From IMG/VR virus record IMGVR_UViG_3300037479_000205, positions 1 through 28,774 of that record: 28,774 nucleotides of DNA; one strand, written 5' to 3'. Each line of letters starts with the position of its first letter. Position 1 is the stretch's first letter. The stretch comes from a virus. Its lineage: Duplodnaviria; Caudoviricetes. The notes beneath the pieces are model-generated. The model saw nothing but the letters and a program-made list of their open reading frames with translations. It ran no database searches and was not told where the DNA came from. The translations under genes were made by a program, and so were the position numbers. Of the stretch, positions 1 through 7,792 are shown in pieces.

Positions 1-2
1 TC

Positions 3-272
3 TGCCCTGATGCGCTCGATGATTCGACCAGCGCTTCGGCGACGGTGCTGAAGATTCTCGACGCGAACACGGGCGCTAGAATGAAGTCATGGAGCATCAG
101 AGCGATCGCTAAAAAGGTGCACCCACGCGGAGCGACTATGGACCTGCACTCTGCGATCTATAAACTCGTGAAGGCCGGCGTGATCGACTTTACCGGGAAG
201 AAGTGGGGGCGCTTGTACGCGAGGAAGAGCAACTCTCTCCCGACAGGCACGCCAAAGGAGCCTAAGGAGTGA
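3..272 (+). CDS. 5'-truncated hypothetical protein, possible winged-helix C-terminus
   Basis: Frame is open from base 3. 'LHSAIYKLVKAGVIDFTGKKWGRLY' looks like a wHTH recognition helix plus wing. Confidence 0.5.
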   Translation, partial: CPDALDDSTSASATVLKILDANTGARMKSWSIRAIAKKVHPRGATMDLHSAIYKLVKAGVIDFTGKKWGRLYARKSNSLPTGTPKEPKE

Positions 273-342
273 AGACGGACGAAGATAGAAGATCACAAGC
301 TGACCGCGGTAGACCGCATCCGGACATGGACGCCAAGCTGTC

Positions 343-371
343 TTTAGACCCGGTCTAATCTGTGGTACACT
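343..371 (+). promoter_or_regulatory. Putative sigma70-type promoter overlapped by a palindromic operator
   Basis: TTTAGA (343-348), 17 nt spacer, TACACT (366-371) with extended -10 TG at 363-364. Perfect inverted repeat TTAGACC-C-GGTCTAA at 344-358. ATG at 381. Confidence 0.55.
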
Positions 372-380
372 GCTCCGCGG

Positions 381-629
381 ATGCCCGATCCGGCGAGCGG
401 ACAAGCGAAGCGGTGGCGACACAACCTCGAGGCCGAGCTCCGCCCTCTTCGCCACGCGGTACATGCGCTCCGCTCCCGAGGACTGACGCTCGCGGGTGAG
501 CTTCGCGAGGCGATCCGAGACCGCGTGCGCACACTGCAACATGAGCACAACGGGGGACAGCCGTTCCCGGCCGAGGACGGCGAACTGCCGGCGGGGCGAC
601 CGCGGGCGAAGAAGGATCAGGCGCGATGA
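381..629 (+). CDS. Small DNA-binding protein, probable ribbon-helix-helix (resembles pCXC100-type ParB C-terminal domain)
   Basis: 'TLAGELREAIRDRVRTLQHEHNGGQPFP..GELPAGRP' matches my recollection of that family's pattern (helix, then NGGxPF...LPxGRP). ATGA overlap with next gene. Confidence 0.5.
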   Translation: MPDPASGQAKRWRHNLEAELRPLRHAVHALRSRGLTLAGELREAIRDRVRTLQHEHNGGQPFPAEDGELPAGRPRAKKDQAR

Positions 630-1066
630 CCGAGAAGCCGACCAAAAAGGTCGGGCGTAAGCTGAAGCTCGACACTATCCCCGGACTGACGAAGGCGCTG
701 TGTAAGCTCATCCGCGAGGGCATGCCGATCAAGTACGCCTGTGACCTCGTTGGGCTCGATCAGTCGACCCTCAATCGTTACATCGAGCGTGCAGAGGAAG
801 AGCCCGAATTCCGCGCATTCCGCGAGGCAATCACACGCGCACGGGCATCGAAGGTGCGGCGCCTCCTGAAGAAGATAGAATCGGCGAGCGCGATCCCGAG
901 CATGGTGACGTGCGCGCTGAAAGGACTCGGCTGTTTCTATGACGTTCGCTGCCGAAAAACGGAGGGCTTGAGCGATGGGGCAAAGCACGGATGCAAAAAT
1001 CTTCTTCGGATTCCCGATCGAAGGTGGCGAAGACGGAACGGCGTTTTGGGAGAATCCGGGCGCTGA
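626..1066 (+). CDS. HTH protein resembling a terminase small subunit N-terminus; C-terminus probably degenerate
   Basis: 'GRKLKL..LCKLIREGMPIKYACDLVGLDQSTLNRYIERAEEEPEFRAFREAITRARA' is a TerS-like HTH plus helix. Last 92 nt overlap the next gene. Confidence 0.55.
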   Translation: MTEKPTKKVGRKLKLDTIPGLTKALCKLIREGMPIKYACDLVGLDQSTLNRYIERAEEEPEFRAFREAITRARASKVRRLLKKIESASAIPSMVTCALKGLGCFYDVRCRKTEGLSDGAKHGCKNLLRIPDRRWRRRNGVLGESGR

Positions 1067-1415
1067 GGCCAAAGACTGGGAGGAGTTCGTCGCTGCGAAG
1101 CTTGGCGTGAAGTCGCCTACCGCCGAATACTCCGAAGAAACAAAGCCGGCCTATCATGCGTACTGGGATGCGAAACGCGAGGCGATCGCGAAGCTCGACG
1201 TGGAAGTGGTCGAGCATTGCTCGGGTGATCATCCGCTTTATGCACTCGCCGTGAAGACGACCTACACGCGAGTTTGCCGCGGCGACATAGAGACGTTTCA
1301 GCCCGACCACTTCTACTGGAAAGAAGAGTGGTTCACAAAGTTGCGCGCCTTCTGTGAATTGGTCGGTCTCGAATACAAAGAGCCTGCATGGTGTGTTTGT
1401 TCCTATTGGAACTGA
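975..1415 (+). CDS. Hypothetical phage protein (acidic, Trp/Tyr-rich)
   Basis: GGAGG upstream of ATG; globular-looking composition. Confidence 0.75.
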   Translation: MGQSTDAKIFFGFPIEGGEDGTAFWENPGAEAKDWEEFVAAKLGVKSPTAEYSEETKPAYHAYWDAKREAIAKLDVEVVEHCSGDHPLYALAVKTTYTRVCRGDIETFQPDHFYWKEEWFTKLRAFCELVGLEYKEPAWCVCSYWN

Positions 1416-1427
1416 GGATCAACATCG

Positions 1428-1889
1428 ATGTCTTTGAAAGCAACCGACGCGAAAACAGAAGCTGACGAATGGACCATCGAGATGGAGTCGAAGAAGTTCG
1501 GTCCGCACGTCACGGTGACCCGCGGTGGCTACATCACGCTGGAGATCGGCGGCGCTTCGCCCGTAGGCGTTCAGTCGTGGGAGTTCTGCGACGATCCGCC
1601 CACGCGAGAGCAAGCGCTGGCAATCGGTGAGGCTACGGCGGCATGGCTCGCCGCTCTTCCGAGAGCGAACACCGCGCGCGCCACAGCCAGCTCTGCTCCG
1701 GACGGCTTCGAGGTGTTGGCCGGCGAACGAAATCTGCACTGCGAAGAAAACCGCGCGCACGGCGAGATCATCGGTTCAATGATGCAGTGTCAGGAGTGCA
1801 TGTTGATTATGTGTCCTGCCTGCGCGCTGAACCATTACACGTCTGACCATCCGCACGACCCGCCAAAACCTCGAGATCAGCAACGATGA
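1428..1889 (+). CDS. Hypothetical protein with C-terminal Cys/His zinc finger (B-box-like)
   Basis: GAGGA upstream; C-x5-H-x9-C-x2-C-x4-C-x2-C-x3-H-x4-H. Confidence 0.65.
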   Translation: MSLKATDAKTEADEWTIEMESKKFGPHVTVTRGGYITLEIGGASPVGVQSWEFCDDPPTREQALAIGEATAAWLAALPRANTARATASSAPDGFEVLAGERNLHCEENRAHGEIIGSMMQCQECMLIMCPACALNHYTSDHPHDPPKPRDQQR

Positions 1890-2041
1890 AAACGCCTTCA
1901 GCAACTCAGAACAAGAGCGCGAGTGAATACGACTGCGGGAAGTGTGGCGCGTGCTGCGAGGCTCCGAGAGCAGGTCCGCATGCTGACGCAGAGATTGCTT
2001 GTGCTAAAGCATGGGTGGCTCAGCGTCCGCGCCGCTCTTGA
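1886..2041 (+). pseudogene. 51-aa ORF with CxxCxxCC (YkgJ-like) N-terminal motif, apparently truncated; absent from the ORF track
   Basis: ATGA overlap with the preceding stop. Translates MKTPSATQNKSASEYDCGKCGACCEAPRAG...RRS*. Lacks the later Cys cluster of full YkgJ-family proteins. Confidence 0.5.
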
Positions 2042-2132
2042 GGCGGAGAGCCTAGCCGTCGAAGACTTCGATCCATCGAAGGAGACTTGGCGCGAGTGGG
2101 CGGAGCGTCGTGAGAGATCTTGGAAAAAATAG
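1923..2132 (+). CDS. Hypothetical protein or 3' gene remnant
   Basis: Helical charged ORF overlapping the YkgJ-like fragment in another frame; start uncertain. Confidence 0.3.
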   Translation: MNTTAGSVARAARLREQVRMLTQRLLVLKHGWLSVRAALEAESLAVEDFDPSKETWREWAERRERSWKK

Positions 2133-2230
2133 CAGCCTATGTGGGCTAAGTTGATGATTTGATTTCAGTTGTACGATTATCTTGAAAACGATTACGTAGC
2201 CGAGGGCGACGACCCATAAACGCCGGTGAT
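2133..2230 (+). promoter_or_regulatory. AT-rich intergenic region, probable promoter of the XRE gene
   Basis: Visibly AT-rich. TTGATG/TTGATT and TACGAT-like hexamers; direct repeat ACGATTA at 2173-2179 and 2188-2194. Exact boxes not resolved. Confidence 0.35.
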
Positions 2231-3109
2231 GTGTCAGCGCCGATCGATAAAAGGCGTGACTTCCCCTTTGAGTTCCCCGCACGTGGTTTGCTACTATCTC
2301 AGGCGTTGGAAGCCTGCGACACGCGACGCGACCCGCTGGAATCCATGCTCGCCGAAGCCGCGGCGCAGAAGGCGATCGCCGAGACATTGCGCCCGCTGGC
2401 TCCGGGCGCGCGCCTGAAGGTGCTGTCGTCGGCTTCGCGGGCTTTTCTCGACGAGCCGGACGATCTCCCGCTGGACTTCCCGACACGGCTACGGACCTAC
2501 CGTCTCGCCCGCGGTCTCGGGCAAACCGACCTCGCGCGTATCGCGGGCGTGTCTCACTCGGTCATCAGCGTCTATGAGCTTGGACGCGCGCGCCCGTCAC
2601 GGCCAACCCTGGATCGTCTTACCGCAGCGCTCGGCGTAGATGCCGAGACCCTGGCGATCGATCGCGAGTCCTGCTCCGAGGTGCCTGTCTCGCCGTACGC
2701 TCGCCCGCAGGTCGAGACGGTCGATGATGCGCCGGCGTCGCAACCCAACACCAAACCTATGCGCCCAAAGCGCGAGCCTCGTGGAGGCGCCGGCACACCC
2801 AAGACGCCGCGGACGATCGCCATTGACCAGACCGTCGCGCTCGCGATCGTCCGCGGCGAAATCACCAACCGCGTCGTTGTCGCCTTCACCGGTCTCAGCC
2901 ACAAGGGCGCCGACAAGCGGATCCAGTTCTCCGCCAAGGCCGGGCGCATCGAGCGTGTGCGCAACGGGGTGTATGTTGCCGCTGCCTCGGAGTACCAGCG
3001 CCTAGGGCTCGACGCTTCGAAGCAGGGTCACAGCGACCCGACGCGGAAGGTGTCTGCGCTGGCCGAGCGGCTGAAGGAACTCCGCGAAGCCGAGGAGAGC
3101 CGCAAATGA
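2231..3109 (+). CDS. XRE/Cro-C1 family HTH regulator with N- and C-terminal extensions
   Basis: 'RLRTYRLARGLGQTDLARIAGVSHSVISVYELGRARPSRPTLDRLTAALGV' is a canonical XRE HTH. C-terminal 'KAGRIERVRNGVY' is wHTH-like. Confidence 0.85.
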   Translation: MSAPIDKRRDFPFEFPARGLLLSQALEACDTRRDPLESMLAEAAAQKAIAETLRPLAPGARLKVLSSASRAFLDEPDDLPLDFPTRLRTYRLARGLGQTDLARIAGVSHSVISVYELGRARPSRPTLDRLTAALGVDAETLAIDRESCSEVPVSPYARPQVETVDDAPASQPNTKPMRPKREPRGGAGTPKTPRTIAIDQTVALAIVRGEITNRVVVAFTGLSHKGADKRIQFSAKAGRIERVRNGVYVAAASEYQRLGLDASKQGHSDPTRKVSALAERLKELREAEESRK

Positions 3110-3309
3110 GGACAACGATCTCCCTGTTCCTGCTCGCGCTCGTGTTGTGTGCTGTGGCTTTATGCTGGCGACCGGTCGAGACACCTCTGCCGACCAAGGA
3201 GCGGATCGCATGGCTTGAGGCGCAACTGCGGGAGACGGAGCCCTGGGCGCGGCAACTTGAGCAATGCAGCTTGCAGGAGCAGTCGACGCTGCGAAAGGCG
3301 GCGCGATGA
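3106..3309 (+). CDS. Small protein with N-terminal hydrophobic (membrane/signal) segment
   Basis: ATGA overlaps at both ends; 'ISLFLLALVLCAVALCW'. Confidence 0.6.
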   Translation: MRTTISLFLLALVLCAVALCWRPVETPLPTKERIAWLEAQLRETEPWARQLEQCSLQEQSTLRKAAR

Positions 3310-3665
3310 TTTCGAGAGAAGACCTGGATCGCGCTTGGGATGCGGTCGTAGTTGAGTGTCGTGCGAACGGGCGCGACATCGTAGGCGAAGCGGCGGAGGC
3401 CATGCGGACGCAGTGGGAGCGCAGCCTGATGCTTTACGGTCAGGCTTACGTGGACGTCGAAGTTGGCGAGATATTCGACGCGACCCGCATGCGTGCTTGC
3501 GATCGCTGGGTGGCTACGTCGATAACCGACGCATCCACTGAGTCACAGCCGAAAACGAAGTTGCCTCAGGCGTTTGATGCGAGCCTGCATGCGCGCGGTG
3601 AAACGCTCGAGACAGTCATTCGAATGTGCGAGTGGCCGCGAGCGGTCGTTGGAGCGTGGGCATGA
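3306..3665 (+). CDS. Hypothetical protein
   Basis: ATG 3306 overlaps the previous stop; ATGA-coupled to the HNH gene. Confidence 0.6.
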   Translation: MISREDLDRAWDAVVVECRANGRDIVGEAAEAMRTQWERSLMLYGQAYVDVEVGEIFDATRMRACDRWVATSITDASTESQPKTKLPQAFDASLHARGETLETVIRMCEWPRAVVGAWA

Positions 3666-4117
3666 CCAAGCGGACACTCGCCGAGCGCATCCAAAAGCAC
3701 ACGCGGCGCGACGGCGTGGCACCTCCCGGCCTCTTTGGCCCGTGCTGGGTGTGGACCGGCGCGCTCGACAAAGACGGCTACGGCCAGGTGTCGGTGCAGG
3801 GGAAGACCAAACAGGCGCACTGGGCGTCGTACGAGAACGAGCGCGGTCCGGTGAAGGACGGGTTGGAACTCGACCACAAATGCGAGAACCGCCCGTGCGT
3901 GAACCCGGCGCACCTGCAAGAGGTCACGCACGAAGAGAACGTGCGGCTGATCGGCGAACGCGAGCGGGCGAGGAAGCGCGAGGCAGTCGCGGCGTCAATC
4001 GACGAGACGGAGGCGCGGATCATGCGTGTGCTGCGGATTGACCCGGCGAAGTGCGAGGGCTTCCGGCTCGACGACCTGAGGCCGCAGCTGGACCGGATGA
4101 TGAGGGCCTACGAATGA
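3662..4117 (+). CDS. HNH endonuclease (HNH_3-type)
   Basis: 'CWVWTGALDKDGYG...AH..SY....GP...GLELDHKCENRPCVNPAHLQEVTHEENV'; start taken at the ATGA overlap. Confidence 0.92.
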   Translation: MTKRTLAERIQKHTRRDGVAPPGLFGPCWVWTGALDKDGYGQVSVQGKTKQAHWASYENERGPVKDGLELDHKCENRPCVNPAHLQEVTHEENVRLIGERERARKREAVAASIDETEARIMRVLRIDPAKCEGFRLDDLRPQLDRMMRAYE

Positions 4118-4362
4118 ACACGAATCGGCGCAATGCGGATCGGCTGCGCAAGAGCGCGGAGAGCGCGCATCTCGATGACCTCGTACGTGAGGCTGCGCGG
4201 GGCCGGGCCATCCGATCGGAGATCAGGCAGACGCTCGACGACGGCTCTGAATCGATCGACCTGCTGTTCGACGACGGCACGAAAGAGGCGTTCGTCGTGT
4301 CGCCGGAGGATCTGCGAACGGCTGGCAATCGCGCGCTGCGTGGCGCCGGAGACGGACGATGA
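4114..4362 (+). CDS. Hypothetical protein
   Basis: ATGA coupling at both ends. Confidence 0.6.
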   Translation: MNTNRRNADRLRKSAESAHLDDLVREAARGRAIRSEIRQTLDDGSESIDLLFDDGTKEAFVVSPEDLRTAGNRALRGAGDGR

Positions 4363-4631
4363 CCAAGGCCATACGCGCGCTCTGGATCGGTGCTCCGTTC
4401 GACGGCGAGGTGATCGAAGTCGACGAAGGCGTCTCTCAGATCAGGAAGGGCGGCGCGCTTGCGACGATGCGTATCGCCGTGCCTGCCGCCTGGGACCCGG
4501 ATCGGCGCGCCGGTGTCGCGTTCTCGGTTTATGAGCCGACACCGGACAGCGTGCGTCCGATGCTGGAACGATGCCGTTCGGCTGACTGCATCCATCCGAG
4601 CTGGGAGGGCCACGCGCAAAAACCTGCATGA
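4359..4631 (+). CDS. Hypothetical protein
   Basis: ATGA coupling at both ends; 'IGAPFDGEVIEV' resembles a GGPxDG-type phage motif. Confidence 0.6.
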   Translation: MTKAIRALWIGAPFDGEVIEVDEGVSQIRKGGALATMRIAVPAAWDPDRRAGVAFSVYEPTPDSVRPMLERCRSADCIHPSWEGHAQKPA

Positions 4632-5044
4632 CGAAGCGCAAGCCAAAGTCGAAGTTGAAGAAGCGTGGCCCGAAGCCGATGCCGTTGGATTACGACATGA
4701 TCGAACGGCTGGCGCAGCGGTTCTCCACTGTTGAGGACATTGAATCGATTCTCGACCTCGGCGAAGGGACGCTTCGAAAGCGCATGCCGAAAGACCCAAA
4801 ACTTTCCGGCGCGATAAAAAGAGGCACCGGTATCGGGCGCGGATGTCTCCGGGCGCGGCAATACGCGAGCGCGATGGAAGGCAACGTCACCATGCAGATT
4901 TGGCTCGGCAAAAACGAGCTAGGCCAATCCGACAAGACGGAGACGCGCTTGACCGGCAAAGACGGCGGGCCGGTGCAGGTCCAAAACACGTGGCTTGATC
5001 TCGTGAAGTCTGCGCACGCGAAGAAGACAGCCGGAGAGAAGTGA
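4628..5044 (+). CDS. terS: Terminase small subunit
   Basis: HTH, 'GNVTMQIWLGKNELGQSDK', 'LTGKDGGPV'; overlaps the terL start. Confidence 0.85.
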   Translation: MTKRKPKSKLKKRGPKPMPLDYDMIERLAQRFSTVEDIESILDLGEGTLRKRMPKDPKLSGAIKRGTGIGRGCLRARQYASAMEGNVTMQIWLGKNELGQSDKTETRLTGKDGGPVQVQNTWLDLVKSAHAKKTAGEK

Positions 5045-6525
5045 ACTGCAAGTCCAGCGCGGCGCGGAAGCAAGAAGACGCCAACTATGATCTGGTCCTC
5101 TGCGACCGCGCGGTGACCAATCCCGAGTGGTGGGTTCGCGAGGTTCTCGGTGATGACCCCTGGCAAAAGCAGGTCGAGATCATTGAGTCGGTTCGCGACA
5201 ACCCAGAGACAGCCGTGCGCTCGTGCCACGGCGCGGGAAAGAGCTTCATCGCTTCTCGTTGCGCGCTTTGGTTCCTCTACAACCACCCGGACAGCGTAGT
5301 TATCACTACAGCGCCAGGTCGCCGGCAGGTGCGCGGTATTCTGTGGAAAGAGATCCGCTCCGCGCATCGTAAAGCAAAGGTGCCACTTGGTGGGCGCGTG
5401 CTCACGCAAGAACTTGAGCTTTCCGAGGAGTGGTTCGCGTGGGGCTTCACAGCGCCCGAGTATGATCCGGACCGCTTCCAAGGCTTCCACGCCGAGCACA
5501 TCCTGGTGATCGTCGATGAAGCGTCCGGCGTCTCACCGGTCATCTTCGACGAAGGTGTTTCGTCTGTGCTGTCGTCGAGTGGATCGCGCTTGCTGATGAT
5601 CGGCAATCCGACGAATCCCAACGGCGAGTTCGCGAAGGCGTTCAAAGATCCGAACGTCAAAAAGATCGCGATCAGCGCGTTCGACACGCCGAACTTTACG
5701 GCGTTCGGCATCACCCAGAAGGACATCGAGAACGACACGTGGCGCGCGAAGATCACCGGGCCGCTTCCGAATCCGAGACTCGTTGAGCCCGCATGGGTGG
5801 CGAAGCGGTGGGCGCGGTGGGGGAGAAGCGTCACGTCGCCGAACTATGCGGCCCGCGTACTCGGACTCTTTCCGGACATCTCGCCGGACACGCTTCTCCC
5901 GTTGCATTGGATCGAGGCCGCACAACAGCGTGACCTCGCTCCACGAGACGGCGATCCAAACAACCTTGGCGTCGACGTGGCGCGCTTCGGTGCGGACGAA
6001 ACGGTGATCATGCATCGCCACGGCCCTCGCTTCCGCGTCGTCTTCGGCGCGCACGGTCTCTCCACGGCGGCAACAACCGGGCATGTGTGTGCGTGGAGAA
6101 TGAAGACCGGAGCGACGACATCGCACGTGGACGACGCGGGGATCGGCGGCGCTGTGACCGATCAACTCAACGCCGTGAACGAGCCGGTCACACCGATCAA
6201 CGTCGGCGAGACGAAGACCGTCACGGAGCCCGATCGGTTCATCAACCTCAAGGCGGAGCTTTATTGGCGCCTGCGCGAAATGTTTGAGCGCGGGGAGATC
6301 GACATCGATCCCGCGGACGAAGAACTCGCCTCGCAGCTATCGACGATCAAATACTTCTACGATAACAAAGGTCGCATCGGCATCGAACGCAAAGAGGATG
6401 CGAAGAAGCGCGGGCTACCGAGCCCTGATCGCGCCGACGCGTTGATGCTCGCGGCGGCAACGGATCTTACCGCTGCGGAGCGAGAAGAGAACGAGCAGCG
6501 TATGCGCGCGATGGGAGCGTGGTGA
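5041..6525 (+). CDS. terL: Terminase large subunit
   Basis: Walker A 'SCHGAGKS', Walker B 'LVIVDEASG', coupling motif 'IGNP', nuclease motifs 'GVDVARFGAD' and 'SPDRADAL'. Confidence 0.97.
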   Translation: MNCKSSAARKQEDANYDLVLCDRAVTNPEWWVREVLGDDPWQKQVEIIESVRDNPETAVRSCHGAGKSFIASRCALWFLYNHPDSVVITTAPGRRQVRGILWKEIRSAHRKAKVPLGGRVLTQELELSEEWFAWGFTAPEYDPDRFQGFHAEHILVIVDEASGVSPVIFDEGVSSVLSSSGSRLLMIGNPTNPNGEFAKAFKDPNVKKIAISAFDTPNFTAFGITQKDIENDTWRAKITGPLPNPRLVEPAWVAKRWARWGRSVTSPNYAARVLGLFPDISPDTLLPLHWIEAAQQRDLAPRDGDPNNLGVDVARFGADETVIMHRHGPRFRVVFGAHGLSTAATTGHVCAWRMKTGATTSHVDDAGIGGAVTDQLNAVNEPVTPINVGETKTVTEPDRFINLKAELYWRLREMFERGEIDIDPADEELASQLSTIKYFYDNKGRIGIERKEDAKKRGLPSPDRADALMLAAATDLTAAEREENEQRMRAMGAW

Positions 6526-6881
6526 TGAATCCAGAAGACGTGAAACTATCAATCAACGGTCAGCCGATCGAAGGCTACGCGAGCAGCCACACGCTCTACG
6601 TCAACGTGCCACTACGCGAGCGCATCGTCGACATGCTCAACGCGCTCCATCTACTCGACCCCGAGGCGCTCCAGCGCATCATGGATACTCGCGTGGAGAT
6701 CAACGAGCGGCTCGCTGCCGATGGGGTTTGGCCAGTCGCAGGTGGGATCAACACGTCGGGCAAGGCCACGCTCGGGCCGCTCGGTATAATTCAGGGCGTG
6801 CTGAAGCTCGACGATCCGAAGGCAGAACCGATCGGAGCGGTTTACAGCGACGACCTCTCGAAGCTGTTGGGATTCAAATGA
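6525..6881 (+). CDS. Hypothetical protein with N-terminal tail-tube-like peptide
   Basis: TGATG overlap with terL. 'MNPEDVKLSINGQPIEGYASSHTLYVNV' aligns without gaps to the tube N-terminus. Confidence 0.7.
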   Translation: MNPEDVKLSINGQPIEGYASSHTLYVNVPLRERIVDMLNALHLLDPEALQRIMDTRVEINERLAADGVWPVAGGINTSGKATLGPLGIIQGVLKLDDPKAEPIGAVYSDDLSKLLGFK

Positions 6882-7162
6882 TCGACACCGACGAAATAGC
6901 GCGCAAGAAGAGCGAAGCGATCAACGCTCTGCTGTGGGATCTCGGCGGCACGACGTCGCTCGGTGGAAGCGTTGTTCAGATCATAGAACAGACGTACGGA
7001 TTGCCGGACAGCGTGGTCTCGCGAACGCACATGATGGGCGAGTTCCACTGGCGTCTCGGCTTCGTCGAAGTACGGACCCACGCCACGGGCTTCGAGATAG
7101 TGACCGATCGCCAGCAGGTCTTGCTGTTGCCGGCATCGAGCCCAACGACGGAGGCGAAATGA
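6878..7162 (+). CDS. Hypothetical protein
   Basis: ATGA coupling at both ends. Confidence 0.6.
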   Translation: MIDTDEIARKKSEAINALLWDLGGTTSLGGSVVQIIEQTYGLPDSVVSRTHMMGEFHWRLGFVEVRTHATGFEIVTDRQQVLLLPASSPTTEAK

Positions 7163-7416
7163 TCACGCGACGACGATTCTTCGGAGTGCTCGCAGCGCCG
7201 TTCGTGGCTGGTCTCGGCCTCGCGGCGACCAAGCGGCCGATCGTGTACGACGTGATGAACGTACGCGTCTTCTTTGGTGGCCAAGAGATCACAGGATTCG
7301 TCTCAAGTGAGACGATCGAGATCGACTATACTGCGGTGGGATCGAGGTACCCTATCAAGCACTACACCAGCAACGAGGAACTGATCGCTATTGTGTCCAG
7401 CCGCGGAGTATACTGA
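7159..7416 (+). CDS. Small protein with twin-arginine-like signal followed by tail-tube-like peptide
   Basis: GGAGG SD; 'MITRRRFFGVLAAPFVAGLGLAA', then 'VYDVMNVRVFFGGQEITGFVSSETIEIDY'. Confidence 0.7.
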   Translation: MITRRRFFGVLAAPFVAGLGLAATKRPIVYDVMNVRVFFGGQEITGFVSSETIEIDYTAVGSRYPIKHYTSNEELIAIVSSRGVY

Positions 7417-7420
7417 CGCG

Positions 7421-7753
7421 ATGTCGATGCGTGACGCCATCGAACGAATGTACGAGAAGATCCACGCCGACCTCGTACGGTTTGGTCCGCAGCGTTGCTG
7501 GTGTGGAGAGGGGGCCGAATTTCGCGTGGAGTTGTGGTCAAATGCGGACGCGCTGCCAGGTGAGCCGCCGCCGTGTCTCGAACATCGCGAGTTCATTTGC
7601 TTCCAACATTACAGCGAAGGCGTTTCGGAGATGCGCGTCGACGCGCATCTCCGAAAACAGAAGAACGATCGTGCCTGGAAGGCGCACTACGACGTCATCA
7701 CGCAAAGAGACCGCATAGCCATTCGGGAGTTGCTCGATCCGCCGGACGCCTAA
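7421..7753 (+). CDS. Hypothetical protein, possible metal-binding (CxC...CxxH...CxxH)
   Basis: 'CWC', 'CLEH', 'CFQH'; fills the gap before portal. Confidence 0.6.
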   Translation: MSMRDAIERMYEKIHADLVRFGPQRCWCGEGAEFRVELWSNADALPGEPPPCLEHREFICFQHYSEGVSEMRVDAHLRKQKNDRAWKAHYDVITQRDRIAIRELLDPPDA

Positions 7754-7759
7754 CCACAG

Positions 7760-7782
7760 ACACAGGGGAACTAGCAGCAACA
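7760..7782 (+). promoter_or_regulatory. Conserved motif copy 1 (putative late promoter), upstream of portal
   Basis: ACACAGGGGAA-CTAGCAG-CAACA, 10 nt before GTG 7793. Confidence 0.7.
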
Positions 7783-7792
7783 CGCTCCGCGC

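Noticed and set aside
3662-4117. HNH gene as part of a self-splicing intron or intein
   Set aside because: Free-standing, ATGA-coupled on both sides, and no interrupted host gene.
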